DNA of 64,000 bases from Planctomycetota bacterium (GCA_947501605.1 CANMWZ010000019.1:1-64000), one strand, 5' to 3'; positions 1 through 9,707 are shown, counted from the stretch's first letter. The notes: generated from the letters alone by a model not told the origin. Translations and numbers: made by a program.

Positions 1-171
1 GGCGAACTCGGCGGCGAGGTACTCCTGCGAGCCATCGGTAGAACCGTTGTCGATCACCATCGCCCGCACGCCGCCCTCGACGTTCTGCGCCTTGACCGAA
101 CGGATGCAGTCGCCGAGGAACTCACGCCCGTTCCAATTGACGATCACGACCAGCACGCGCGACCGGATCAT
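1..171 (-). CDS. Glycosyltransferase family 2, N-terminal part (runs off the window edge)
   Basis: Manual translation MIRSRVLVVIVNWNGREFLGDCIRSV...VIDNGSTDGS, the classic GT2 N-terminus. ATG at 171 overlaps the TGA of the upstream gene (ATGA). Confidence 0.9.
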   Translation of the reverse strand, partial: MIRSRVLVVIVNWNGREFLGDCIRSVKAQNVEGGVRAMVIDNGSTDGSQEYLAAEFA

Positions 172-1526
172 GTGCGCGCCAACGACTTGGCCGTGACCAT
201 GCCGGCATAGAGCTTCTGCAGCCAAGCGACGTCGTTGAACACCGTTCCGATGTTGGTGTTGCGCGACAGCTTGCGCAGCAGGGAAGGCCCACGCGCCAGC
301 TTCTCCAACGCGGCAGTCAGGGCGGCTACGTTCCCGGCCTCGAACAGGATCCCGTTCTTGCCATCGCGCACGACTTCGGTGATGCCGCCTAGTTGGCTGG
401 CGACGACCGGCAGTCCGTACTGCAGCGCTTCGAGCACCGTGAACGGCGTGTTCTCGTACCACAGCGACGGCACCGTCACACAATCGAGTGTGCTGAGGAC
501 CTCGCCGAGCTGCGTAGCTTCAAAACGCCCGTGGAAGACAATGCGCGCATCGTCCGCGGCCATTGCTCGAAGTTCCTCGGTGTACTCGGGGTGCGACGCG
601 ACATCGCCATGAACATGGAGCACGATGTCTTTGCGCTTGCTGCGGCGCACGGCCTCGACCGCCAGATGCACGCCCTTGTGGCGGGTGATCGAACCGATGT
701 AGCCAACGTGCAGCGTCTTGTCAGCACGGGCGCGAGCTACCTCGGGGCGTAGCGCACCGCGGGTCGGATCGAGTCCGTACGGCAGGTGCTGAACGAGGCC
801 CGTTGGCAGGCCGCGGGCTTCGAAGATGCGCTGCAAGAACCGCGAGGGCGCGATCACCACCTCGACCTGCTCGAGTTCCGCGAACATCACGGGCTTGCGC
901 GCAATCAAGGCGTGCGCGCGGCGTGCGACTGTCGGCTGCAGGTCGCCGCCAGGCGCTGGCAGTTCGGCGATCGGTTCGAGCATCGGCCGCAACCGCGCGG
1001 ATTCGACCGCCTTCGCCAGCGCCGGATCGATGCACGAGAGGCAGCCAAACCCACGATCCGGCGGCCCTTCGCACAAACTGCCGTCGCGATGCAACAGCAG
1101 GAAGTTGGGGCACAAGAACCAGAAGTCCATCAGATGCACCGCGGTCGGGAGGCCGAGGCGACGCGTTTCGCGCAGGACCGAGAGGCCGAGGTTGCGTAGA
1201 TGGAAAACGTGGACGACGTCGAACTGCTTGGTCGCGAGCCAGCGCGCGAACATCGCCAAGACCAGTGGGTTCTCGTAGTCGCCGAGCTCGCGATTGGCGG
1301 AGTGGCGCGGGTGCACGCTGCAGCGGTGCACCGGGATGCCCTCAACCGACTCGTCGCGCTCGAACCAGTCTTGTAGCGGAGCTTCGAACTGGATCAGTGG
1401 CTCGTAGGCAAAGATCTCGACATCGTGACCCTGCGCCTGCAGTCCGTGCGCCAACGAGCGCGCGTACTGTTCCGTACCCGTCACGTGGCGCGGCAAGTAC
1501 TGGTGCAGCACGAAGAGGATCTTCAT
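168..1526 (-). CDS. Glycosyltransferase family 4 (GT-B)
   Basis: MKILFVLHQYLP...GTE N-terminus, DFWFLCP, GSITRHKG, PSLWYENTPFTVLEA (E-x7-E), GGITEVV. Confidence 0.92.
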   Translation of the reverse strand: MKILFVLHQYLPRHVTGTEQYARSLAHGLQAQGHDVEIFAYEPLIQFEAPLQDWFERDESVEGIPVHRCSVHPRHSANRELGDYENPLVLAMFARWLATKQFDVVHVFHLRNLGLSVLRETRRLGLPTAVHLMDFWFLCPNFLLLHRDGSLCEGPPDRGFGCLSCIDPALAKAVESARLRPMLEPIAELPAPGGDLQPTVARRAHALIARKPVMFAELEQVEVVIAPSRFLQRIFEARGLPTGLVQHLPYGLDPTRGALRPEVARARADKTLHVGYIGSITRHKGVHLAVEAVRRSKRKDIVLHVHGDVASHPEYTEELRAMAADDARIVFHGRFEATQLGEVLSTLDCVTVPSLWYENTPFTVLEALQYGLPVVASQLGGITEVVRDGKNGILFEAGNVAALTAALEKLARGPSLLRKLSRNTNIGTVFNDVAWLQKLYAGMVTAKSLART

Positions 1527-4120
1527 GGCCTGGCCGCGGTGCGCAGACGTTCGAGGAACTCGACTTCGTGCGGCAGCAGCGCCCGCCCGTGCAGGCGACG
1601 CTTGGTGACCTCTTCGAGCAGCTTGCCGATCCAGTCCTCGCGACTCGTCAGCGTGGCGCTGAGGTCCTCGACGCGGACAACCTGCCGGATGCGTTCCGCG
1701 CGCAAGGCCTGGAGAGCTTGCTGCGCTTCGGCAAGCTGGAGCCGCACGCTGTCGCGCTCGCGCCCAGCCTGCTGCAGCTCCTGATATCCGGCGGCGCTCT
1801 TGCTCTGGAGATCGCGCACGCTCTGCGTCAGCTCTGCGGCATTGGCCGAGGATTCGGCAAGCTTCGCCGTTCGCGCCGACAACTCGAGTTCGAGCTGCGC
1901 CCTCACTTGCGTGCGCGCCTCGAGCTCTCGATCGCGGGCGCCGAGGTTGTTTTCGAGTTCACGGACCATGCCTTCGAGCGCGCCGATGCGCTTCTCATCG
2001 GCGCTGTGGGTCGCTTCGAGCAACCTGCGCTCCTCCTGAAGACGCGTGATCGCCTGAATCGTGGCGACGGACTCACTCTCGGCACACAGACGTCCGTTCA
2101 ACGCGACTTGGAGCTGGTCGTCCAATTCACGACGGCTCTGCTCGCTGGCTGCGAGCCGCTTCTGGAGCGTCTGCGCTCGCTCGGCCTGGACCGCGACCTC
2201 CCGTTCGACGGCAATCCGACCCTCGCGCTCTGCCGTCAACTGCTGATCGCGCCGCTGCGCTTCCGCCCGCAGGAGCTCGGCGTGCCGCCCTTGCTCCGTC
2301 TCCAGGAGCTCGGCGTGCCGCTCTTGCTCCGTCTCCATGAGCTCGGCGTGCCTCGCTTGCTGCGCCTCCATGAGCTCGACGTGCCTCGCTTGCTGCGCCT
2401 CCATCTGTGCCCTCAGCGTACGTTCGAGCTCGATCGTGCTCGATCGCTTCGCCTCGAGTTGCTCCAGCAAGCGGCTGCGCTCGCCTTGCATCCTCGCCAA
2501 GTCACTCTCGACGCTGCGCAGGCGTTCGACCTCGCCTTGCGAGACCGCTTTCAGCTCCTGCAGACGAAGGACCTCTTGTTGTTGCTGCGACAGGTGGTCG
2601 ACGAAGCGCTGGACTTCGCCCTGGCGGTGTCCGAGATCCTGTCGCAGCGCGGCGATCGCACGTTCGCGCTCGAGCAGCTCGTTGCGGAGCGCGTCGATCG
2701 TGTTCGACCGCGCGATCATCTCATCCTTGAGCGTGCTCTCGAGGCGCCGCGATTCGCCAACAGTTGTCTCGAGTTCGGCTTCCACCGCACGCAGCTTCCC
2801 TTGCACGATCTCGCCATTTGCGACGCGCTGCTGCAACGATGCAACCGCACCCTGAGCTCGTTCGACCAAGGGCAAAAGTGACGCGTCGCTACGCGCGCCA
2901 TCGGTCGGGATCTGCAGCTCGCGGCACAATCCGGCGATGCGTTCGCGCACCGATGGTGCGAGGCGCTTCCAACTGGCAACGGTCTGCGCCTGCTGGACCA
3001 GGAGATCCACGGCCGCCGGCATCTCGTTGGCACGGGGAAGGCGCAGCAAGACCGCGCGAATTGCGTTCGCGAGCAGATCCGGCTCCAGCTGCCACAGAAC
3101 GTCGCCGGCCAGCGCCGCGGTCATGAGCTGTTGCGGGCGGTGGCGCGCAAAGAACACGATGCGATCGGCCTCTTCGAGGCCTCCGGCAGCAGGCCCGCGC
3201 AGACTCGGGCACTTGGCGATCGCGTCGGCGACGCCGATGCAGCGAAGCGAGTGCCCCGCCGCGCGAGCCGTCCAGTCAGCAAGTGCCAAGTCCCAACCAA
3301 AGTCCTGATCGAAGGGTCCGACTCGCTCGAACGTCGTCCGCAGCAACGCGAACGCCTCGGGACTCGCGAACGGCACATCCGTCGAGGTCGGCACCACCGC
3401 GCAGGGCCTGGGCCTCACATCCAACAGGTCGCGCTCCTGGCGACCAAGCCAGTCCTGGTTGCCGTCCTGCAAGCGCGGGCAGCAGAGCGCCACCCCCTCG
3501 GCCCGCGCCGCGGCAGCAAGCCGGGCGATCGCCTCGCCGGTCAGCTCGACGCCCCGCGCGACGAACACAACCACATCGGTCTGCGTCGTCGCCATGGCCT
3601 CGTTCCAGAAGTGCGCCGGTCGGCGGCACGACGTTCCATGTACAGACCACGTCGCCGCCACTCCCTGGCAGTCCTCGGCACGTTGATCTGGTCCCATCAG
3701 CACGGTGATGCGCTGCTGCAGCAGTGCAGAGTACCGTTGCAGTTCCAGCTGCGGTTGCGGTGGCAGATCCCACAGCACGACGTCGACGTCGCCGACGACG
3801 GGCGCGGCGGGCGCTCCGGCGACGAGGATTGCTCGCGAGCTGGTGCGTACGCGGGCGCGTGTGTCGGCGAGCAGCTCCTGCAGGCTGGCGATACGCGCCA
3901 GCGCCTCGGGCCGGTCTGGTGGGTTCTGGCGAGCGCTTGCCAACTCGTCCAGCACACGCAACGACTGCTCCGTCAGATTAGCGAGCTGCCGGTCGCGCTC
4001 TGCGAGCTGGGCTCGCAGGTCGGCAACAGGGTCCCGGCTCGCAGGCTTGCCGGTCGGCGTCGTTGGTTCTGGGCGGTCGGTCACTGCGGGACGATTCGTG
4101 TGAGGTGCGGAACGAGCCAT
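1523..4120 (-). CDS. Degenerate GT2-like domain fused to N-terminal and very long C-terminal coiled coils
   Basis: GT2-like segments (FWNEAMATTQTDVVVFV; FALLRTTFERVGPFDQDF...DWTAR), then about 450 aa of E/Q/R/L/A-rich coiled coil. Translationally coupled to the GT4 gene. Confidence 0.75.
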   Translation of the reverse strand: MARSAPHTNRPAVTDRPEPTTPTGKPASRDPVADLRAQLAERDRQLANLTEQSLRVLDELASARQNPPDRPEALARIASLQELLADTRARVRTSSRAILVAGAPAAPVVGDVDVVLWDLPPQPQLELQRYSALLQQRITVLMGPDQRAEDCQGVAATWSVHGTSCRRPAHFWNEAMATTQTDVVVFVARGVELTGEAIARLAAAARAEGVALCCPRLQDGNQDWLGRQERDLLDVRPRPCAVVPTSTDVPFASPEAFALLRTTFERVGPFDQDFGWDLALADWTARAAGHSLRCIGVADAIAKCPSLRGPAAGGLEEADRIVFFARHRPQQLMTAALAGDVLWQLEPDLLANAIRAVLLRLPRANEMPAAVDLLVQQAQTVASWKRLAPSVRERIAGLCRELQIPTDGARSDASLLPLVERAQGAVASLQQRVANGEIVQGKLRAVEAELETTVGESRRLESTLKDEMIARSNTIDALRNELLERERAIAALRQDLGHRQGEVQRFVDHLSQQQQEVLRLQELKAVSQGEVERLRSVESDLARMQGERSRLLEQLEAKRSSTIELERTLRAQMEAQQARHVELMEAQQARHAELMETEQERHAELLETEQGRHAELLRAEAQRRDQQLTAEREGRIAVEREVAVQAERAQTLQKRLAASEQSRRELDDQLQVALNGRLCAESESVATIQAITRLQEERRLLEATHSADEKRIGALEGMVRELENNLGARDRELEARTQVRAQLELELSARTAKLAESSANAAELTQSVRDLQSKSAAGYQELQQAGRERDSVRLQLAEAQQALQALRAERIRQVVRVEDLSATLTSREDWIGKLLEEVTKRRLHGRALLPHEVEFLERLRTAARP
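2270..2404 (-). repeat. Four tandem 33-bp repeats encoding an 11-residue unit
   Basis: Units start at 2270, 2303, 2336 and 2369 (cakgagctcgrcgtgcc...ttgct...cg.ctc). Protein reads QQARHVELMEA QQARHAELMET EQERHAELLET EQGRHAELLRA. Confidence 0.95.
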
Positions 4121-4137
4121 GGAGGATGGGTCTCAGG

Positions 4138-5589
4138 TCACGACTTGCCGCCCCACCGAGTGAGGCCTTCGCAGATCTTCTGCCAGCGACGTCGCAGCGA
4201 GTACTTGGGTCGATCGATCGGGGAGCAGTCCGACGGCGGCGGCCCAAACGTCGAAGCTGGCCACGGCGGCGCCGGTTGGGCCTCGGCGACGCGGGGTCGC
4301 GGTTGGGCAAGCTCGATTCTCTGACGCAGCTCGTTCAAGGTGTTCTCGACCGAGAGGCAGCGCTCGATCCACGCAGCGAGTTCGCGATCGGCGCTGAACG
4401 GCGACCGCGCTTGCAGTTCCAGGATCTCGTGCAGGTCGTTGGCGAGCACGGGACGGCCGCGCTGCTGCGGGCGCTTCTTCGAAGCGGCAATCGCACGGCC
4501 GTAGCAGGCAATCGTCTGTTCGGCGCAACGAGCCCATGAATAGCCCTGCTCAACGGCGCGACCGCGCGCGACGAGCTCGGCAGTGGCGGCCGGATCGGTG
4601 AGCACCTTGCGCATGAGCTTGCCGAGCGCCGCACTGTCGCCGGCCGGGAACAGCCACGCTCCGTCCTTGCACACTTCCGGAATGGACATCGCTGCGGCGG
4701 CCAGCACCGGAGTCCCGAGTGCCATGGCCTCGATTGGCGGCAGACCGAAGCCTTCTTCCGTCGACGGGTAGACGAGCGCGAGCGCACCTTGGATCAGCGC
4801 CTTGACGTCGTCGTCGTCGAGATTCTCGAACCAGTGCACGGAGTCGGACATGCCGAGTTCCTGCAACTGCTTCTGCGTGCTCTCCGGACCGTTCCACACT
4901 TGGCTACCGGCGCACACGACAGGGATGCGCTCCTCCAGTCGCGCCAGAGCGCGGAACATCGTGTTGTGCCCCTTGTGCGGGTAGTCCTTGCCGACGGCCA
5001 GGAAGTAGCGCGCCGGCGCACCAAGGCGCTGCCGGCGTGCGGCGGCCTCTTCGCTCGACAACGGCGTGCGCAGCGTCGGCTCCACGGCCAGCGGCGCCAG
5101 ATCACAGCGGTTGCGATCACCGCCGAGGTCTCGCCCCACTTCCTCGATCACAGACTTGCTGTGACACAAGAGCCGGTCCGCGTTGCGCACCAATCGCGAG
5201 ATGAAGGAGTGGTACCACTTCCAGCAATCGTGATTGGGGTGGTACTCGGGGTGGCGGTTCAGGATGGCATCGTGCACCTCGACGACCGAGGCTTTGGCCA
5301 CGAGCGGCAGCCACAGATCGCGAGGGTTGCGATCTGGGAACCACGACAGGTGATAGACATCGGGCGCGTCCTTGCCCTGCAGTTCGCGCAGGATGTCCTC
5401 GGTGCCGTGCACGAACACAGGCTCCGCGCGTTGCGGAAATGACTCGGGCAGACGCGTGCCATGCATCACGACGACGCGCAGTCTGGTGATGGCCGGCGAG
5501 GCCGCCAGTTCGCGCAATAGATTGCGCTGGACTCGCTCCAACCCAGAGAGCGGTCGATGGAGGAGACGCGCGTCGAACAGGATGTGCAT
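4138..5589 (-). CDS. Glycosyltransferase family 4 (mannosyltransferase-like) with C-terminal coiled-coil/basic tail
   Basis: LFDAR...SGLER, VHDAI, PHKGH, YPSTEEGFGLPPIEAMALGTPV, YSW; tail ...NTLNELRQRIE...SLRRRWQKI. Confidence 0.92.
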   Translation of the reverse strand: MHILFDARLLHRPLSGLERVQRNLLRELAASPAITRLRVVVMHGTRLPESFPQRAEPVFVHGTEDILRELQGKDAPDVYHLSWFPDRNPRDLWLPLVAKASVVEVHDAILNRHPEYHPNHDCWKWYHSFISRLVRNADRLLCHSKSVIEEVGRDLGGDRNRCDLAPLAVEPTLRTPLSSEEAAARRQRLGAPARYFLAVGKDYPHKGHNTMFRALARLEERIPVVCAGSQVWNGPESTQKQLQELGMSDSVHWFENLDDDDVKALIQGALALVYPSTEEGFGLPPIEAMALGTPVLAAAAMSIPEVCKDGAWLFPAGDSAALGKLMRKVLTDPAATAELVARGRAVEQGYSWARCAEQTIACYGRAIAASKKRPQQRGRPVLANDLHEILELQARSPFSADRELAAWIERCLSVENTLNELRQRIELAQPRPRVAEAQPAPPWPASTFGPPPSDCSPIDRPKYSLRRRWQKICEGLTRWGGKS

Positions 5590-5656
5590 GTTTGCTTGAA
5601 CTCGATGAGCAGTGGCGTTCTGGAGCTTCGTGTCGTGCTATCGGCCAGCCACCCCA

Positions 5657-5677
5657 CGTGGCCGAACCTCGGCCACG
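5657..5677. repeat. Perfect 9-bp inverted repeat in a divergent intergenic region
   Basis: cgtggccga-acc-tcggccacg. Function not established. Confidence 0.55.
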
Positions 5678-5761
5678 GTGAATTCGCCCAGCTCTGCGGC
5701 ATCGACTCAACCGACCTGCGGGTCGTAGTCGATGAACGGCTACTCCGTCGCTGACGACCCC

Positions 5762-6286
5762 ATGGCCCGCTCCAACCACAACCGCCGCAAGCAGCTGATC
5801 GTCAACCCTAGGATGCAGGGTCGAATGGTCATGGGTATGGCTGCGTTGCCCGCAGTCGCGATGGCCGGCATCGCCGTGTTCACCGGCGTCTACTGCTCCC
5901 ATGTGATGGAGGAGGCGCTCCAACTCGACTCCGAGTTGCCCGACCTGATGCCGCTGATCTGGCTGGTCATCAGCTTCGAGGTCTTCTCCGCCGGCATCCT
6001 CTTGGTCAGTTCGCTGAAGATCTCGCACACGATCGCCGGCCCCGCCTATCGCATTCAGAAGAGCCTCGAACGCATCCGTAGCGGCGACATTTCGTTCCGC
6101 GTCAAGCTGCGAAAGGGCGACCACCTGACCGAAGTTCGCGACGAACTGAACCGGCTGCTGGACTGGCTGCAGGAACATCCGCCGACGGGGATCGAGCCAA
6201 GCGCAAAGGCGGCGGCGACGACGACCAGCGTAGAACCGGCGGCGACCGACGCCCTCGATCCGGTCCCGACCAGCCCGGCGCACTGA
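5762..6286 (+). CDS. Small two-TM membrane protein with a C-terminal HAMP domain and no output domain
   Basis: Two hydrophobic helices, then SHTIAGPAYRIQKSLERIRSGDISFRVKLRKGDHLTEVRDELNRLL. Alternative start at 5732. Confidence 0.8.
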   Translation: MARSNHNRRKQLIVNPRMQGRMVMGMAALPAVAMAGIAVFTGVYCSHVMEEALQLDSELPDLMPLIWLVISFEVFSAGILLVSSLKISHTIAGPAYRIQKSLERIRSGDISFRVKLRKGDHLTEVRDELNRLLDWLQEHPPTGIEPSAKAAATTTSVEPAATDALDPVPTSPAH

Positions 6287-6347
6287 ACCCGCAGCGACTC
6301 GCGACCGGCTGTCTTGGCGCGAGACCGACAGCCGCTACGCTGCGCGC

Positions 6348-8345
6348 ATGGTTCTTCGCAAGATCGGCGGCTTCCTGCGCGGCAAGGCAACCCGCGGCCA
6401 GGTCCTCACCGCCTCTGTCCTCGCCGGTCTCCTCGGCTTCGTTCCTGGCTTCTTCCTGCCGACGGACCTCGGCGGCGGGTTCCTTCAAGCCCCTGGCCTG
6501 ATACTCGCGCTGCTGTTCGTAGTGCTCGTGTGCAACGCCAATCTAGGCGTGTTCACGCTGGTGACGATCGTCGCCAAGCTCGCGAGCCTCGCGTTACTGC
6601 CGTTGTCCTTCGCGATCGGCCAGTGGCTCATCGAGGGGCCGTTGCAGTCGACCTTCAAGTCGCTGGCAAATGCTCCGATCACGGCGTGGTTCGGCCTCGA
6701 GTACTACGCCACCACTGGCGGTCTTGTGGTCGGCCTCGTCTTCGGCACCGGGGCCGGCATTGCTCTGGTCAAAGCGCTGTCGACCTATCGGCATCGCATG
6801 GCGCAGATCGAAGCCGGCTCGACGGCGTACCAGAGCTACTCCAACAAGTGGTACGTGCGCTTGCTGTCATGGCTCCTGCTCGGCAAGGGCAAGGGCAAGA
6901 AGGTCACTTGGCAGGAACTGGCCGAAGGCAATCGCCGCGCACTGCCGGTTCGCCTTGGCGGCGTGGTCCTCGTGATCGCCATCGCGGCTTCGCTGTACCT
7001 GTTCCAGTCGAGTTACAGCACCGGCGCACTGACGAAGGGCCTCCAAGGCAGCCTCATCGCCGCCAACGGCGCGACCGTCGACCTGCAGTCAGCCCAGATC
7101 GACCTCGCCAGCGGCGCACTGCGCATCCAGAACCTCGCCATCGCCGACGCGACCAAGCTCGATTCGAATCTATTCGCCGCCAGCGAACTGCAAGCGCAGA
7201 TCGACACCGGCGCCCTGCTGCGGAAACGCATCGTGATCGAGATGCTGCGAGCCACGGACGCCAAGAGCGGGACCAAGCGGGATCAACCGGGCGTCCTGGT
7301 GAACCCACCGGTGCCGCCGCCCGCACCGACACCGGGCCAGCGTTCGATCGAGGACTACATCAAGGATGCCGAGGTCTGGCGCGGGCGCCTGGGCCAAGCG
7401 ACCGAGTGGTGGAAGAAGCTCACCGGCGCCGACAAGGAGCCACCGACGCCAACCACGCCCGAAGGACAGCGCCAGAAGATCGAACAGGACGTCGCCGACT
7501 ACGGCTTGGCCAAGGTCTTTGCCGCACACCTGCGCGACGACCAACCGCTGGTGTGGATCAAGAACATCGACCTCGCGGGCATCGGTTGTGCAGCCGCTCC
7601 GGGCGGCGCGATCGACCTGAACATCACCAACTGGTCCAGCAATGCCTGGCTGCTGCCGGAGTCGCCACACGTCGGTTTCAAGTCAGCGGATGGCTCGCTC
7701 GCCATCGCCTTGGTCGGCCCCAACAAGGACCGCAAGGGTGCCGGAGTCGACCTGGCGATGAAGGGCGTCTCGCTCGACGCACTGATGGCAAAGGTAAAGA
7801 CCGGAGCCAACGCGCCGGTCCGCGGCGGCACCGTCGATTTCGCGGTCAAGGGTTCGCTGACGACCAGCACCGGCATGCCGACGCAACTCGACCTCCCGCT
7901 GCAATTGACGTTGCGTGACACGACCTTTGCGCTCGCCGGCAGCCAGGAAACCAAGATCGATCAGTTGCTGCTGCCCATCGGGATCCGCGGCCCGGCCAAC
8001 CAACCGTCGATCCAGTTTGACGACAAGGTGCTCGCCGATGCCCTCGTCGCCTCGGGCAAGAAGGAACTCGCCAACTTCGTCAACGCGCAGGCCGGCAAGC
8101 TGCTCGGCAGCGTGCCAGCGCTCAACGGCATCATCGACGCCAACAAGACGCCCGAACAGATGCTCGAAGCAGCCAAGCAAAAGGCCGAGGAGGAGAAGAA
8201 GAAGCTCGAGGACGCGGCCAAGAAGGCCGCCGAGGACGCCGCCAAGAAGGCGCTCGAAGACGCCGCCAAGAAGGGCGCCGGCGAGGCCTTGAAGGGCGGG
8301 CTCAAGGGCCTGCTGCCGGGTGGCAAGAAAGACGGCGGCAAGTAG
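6348..8345 (+). CDS. Membrane protein: DUF2062/TIGR03546-like N-terminus fused to an AsmA/TIGR03545-like domain
   Basis: Multi-TM N-terminus (GQVLTASVLAGLLGFVP...NANLG...YYATTGGLVVG), then AsmA-like ANGATVDL...LRIQNLAIAD...LLRKRIVIE, and a K/A/E-rich tail. Confidence 0.65.
   Translation: MVLRKIGGFLRGKATRGQVLTASVLAGLLGFVPGFFLPTDLGGGFLQAPGLILALLFVVLVCNANLGVFTLVTIVAKLASLALLPLSFAIGQWLIEGPLQSTFKSLANAPITAWFGLEYYATTGGLVVGLVFGTGAGIALVKALSTYRHRMAQIEAGSTAYQSYSNKWYVRLLSWLLLGKGKGKKVTWQELAEGNRRALPVRLGGVVLVIAIAASLYLFQSSYSTGALTKGLQGSLIAANGATVDLQSAQIDLASGALRIQNLAIADATKLDSNLFAASELQAQIDTGALLRKRIVIEMLRATDAKSGTKRDQPGVLVNPPVPPPAPTPGQRSIEDYIKDAEVWRGRLGQATEWWKKLTGADKEPPTPTTPEGQRQKIEQDVADYGLAKVFAAHLRDDQPLVWIKNIDLAGIGCAAAPGGAIDLNITNWSSNAWLLPESPHVGFKSADGSLAIALVGPNKDRKGAGVDLAMKGVSLDALMAKVKTGANAPVRGGTVDFAVKGSLTTSTGMPTQLDLPLQLTLRDTTFALAGSQETKIDQLLLPIGIRGPANQPSIQFDDKVLADALVASGKKELANFVNAQAGKLLGSVPALNGIIDANKTPEQMLEAAKQKAEEEKKKLEDAAKKAAEDAAKKALEDAAKKGAGEALKGGLKGLLPGGKKDGGK
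8205..8276 (+). repeat. Three tandem 24-bp repeats encoding xEDAAKKx
   Basis: Units at 8205, 8229 and 8253: LEDAAKKA AEDAAKKA LEDAAKKG. Confidence 0.85.
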
Positions 8346-8372
8346 CGGAACGGCGCCGGCCGACAGCCCGCG

Positions 8373-9707
8373 TCACTTCTTCTTGCGCATGACGGCGGCA
8401 AAGAAGCCGTCCGTGCCGTGCCGGTCCGGGCGCAGCGACAGAAACGTGCCGGTCGCGTCGGCGATCGGCGTCGCCGTTTCCTTGCCGAGGATCTCGGCGA
8501 TGCGCACCAGTTCGAGCTGTGGATGGCGCGCCAGCGCCGCCTCGACCTGGGTCTCGTTCTCGCGGCGCAGCAACGTGCACGTTGCATAGATGAGACGGGC
8601 ACCTGGCTTCAATGCGAGCACCGCGCGATCGATCAGCTCGCGCTGGGTTTGTTCGAGCTTGTCGAGATCATGCGGCGCGAGTGTCCAGCGCGCCTCAGGC
8701 CGGCGCCGCCAACTACCGAGCCCGCTACACGGCACGTCGAGCAGGATGCGGTCGGCGGACGCGGCAAACGTCGCGATCGCCTCGGGCCAATGGTCCTCGG
8801 GTACCACCTCGGCAGTGACGTTGAAGGCGCCGGCACGACCGGCGCGCTGTTTGACGTCGTCGATGCGCCCCTTGTGGACGTCGATCGCCAGCACGCGCCC
8901 GGCGTTGTTCAGCAGTGCCGCCAACGCCAGCGACTTGCCACCGGCGCCAGCGCACGCGTCGAGCACTCGGCCGCGCGGCGGCGGTGCCGCTACCAGGGCA
9001 ACCAACTGACTCCCTTCATCCTGTTGCTCGAAGGCGCCATCGCGATATGCCGCGGTGTCGAACAGCGACGCATCGCCGCTGACAAGCAGTGAATCGGGTG
9101 CGTGGCGGCCACGCACCGTGCTGATTCCGGCCTCGGCCAACCTCAGCGCCAGAGCGCTGCGATCGGCGATGCGCAGTCGATTGGCACGAATCGCGCGCGG
9201 CGGAGTCTCGGCCCACGAGCGCGCGATCAGCTCGGAGTCCTCGCCAAACTCGTCGAGCAGCAACTGCGCGACCCAGTCCGGCAGCGAATGACTCAACGCA
9301 AACTGCTGCACTTCGTCTTCGATCTCGAGGATCGCCTCCTCGACGTCCAGCAAGGAGTTCCACTGCAACTCGACTTGCGACCAGCGCACGAACAAGTGCC
9401 GCGCGTCATCCAGCTCGAGCGCTCCCTGCATGAAGGCCTCGGCCAGAACGATCGCAGCTGCGCGCCCGTTTCGGTCGAGGTCTTGAATGGTCTCACCCAG
9501 CGCCCAACTGAGCCGACGCTCCTCTCGGATCGCCCCGTAGGCGATCTTCATCAGCAGGGCGCGATCCTCGGATGGCAGCCGACGGTTTGCTGGCGAGGCG
9601 ATGGACTCGCGCGGCGACGCATTGCGACCCATCCACTGGTCGAGAACGAAGATGGCGGGCAGAAGCCAGACAGGCGCGTCGTCGGGCGGATCGAAGTCAA
9701 AAGTCAT
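8373..9707 (-). CDS. RsmB/NOP family RNA cytosine-C5 methyltransferase
   Basis: QDEGSQL, DACAGAGGKS, LLDVPCSGLGSWRRRPE, YATCT...ENE. ATG at 9707 overlaps the gpmA stop. Confidence 0.92.
   Translation of the reverse strand: MTFDFDPPDDAPVWLLPAIFVLDQWMGRNASPRESIASPANRRLPSEDRALLMKIAYGAIREERRLSWALGETIQDLDRNGRAAAIVLAEAFMQGALELDDARHLFVRWSQVELQWNSLLDVEEAILEIEDEVQQFALSHSLPDWVAQLLLDEFGEDSELIARSWAETPPRAIRANRLRIADRSALALRLAEAGISTVRGRHAPDSLLVSGDASLFDTAAYRDGAFEQQDEGSQLVALVAAPPPRGRVLDACAGAGGKSLALAALLNNAGRVLAIDVHKGRIDDVKQRAGRAGAFNVTAEVVPEDHWPEAIATFAASADRILLDVPCSGLGSWRRRPEARWTLAPHDLDKLEQTQRELIDRAVLALKPGARLIYATCTLLRRENETQVEAALARHPQLELVRIAEILGKETATPIADATGTFLSLRPDRHGTDGFFAAVMRKKK

Noticed and set aside
2270..2404. 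33-bp repeats as a CRISPR array
   Set aside because: Head-to-tail with no spacers, in frame within a CDS, and no cas genes.
803..2881. 692-aa plus-strand ORF with LRLHELGVP repeats
   Set aside because: Antisense to the GT genes; its repeats just mirror the 33-bp repeat. Long shadow ORFs are expected at this GC content.
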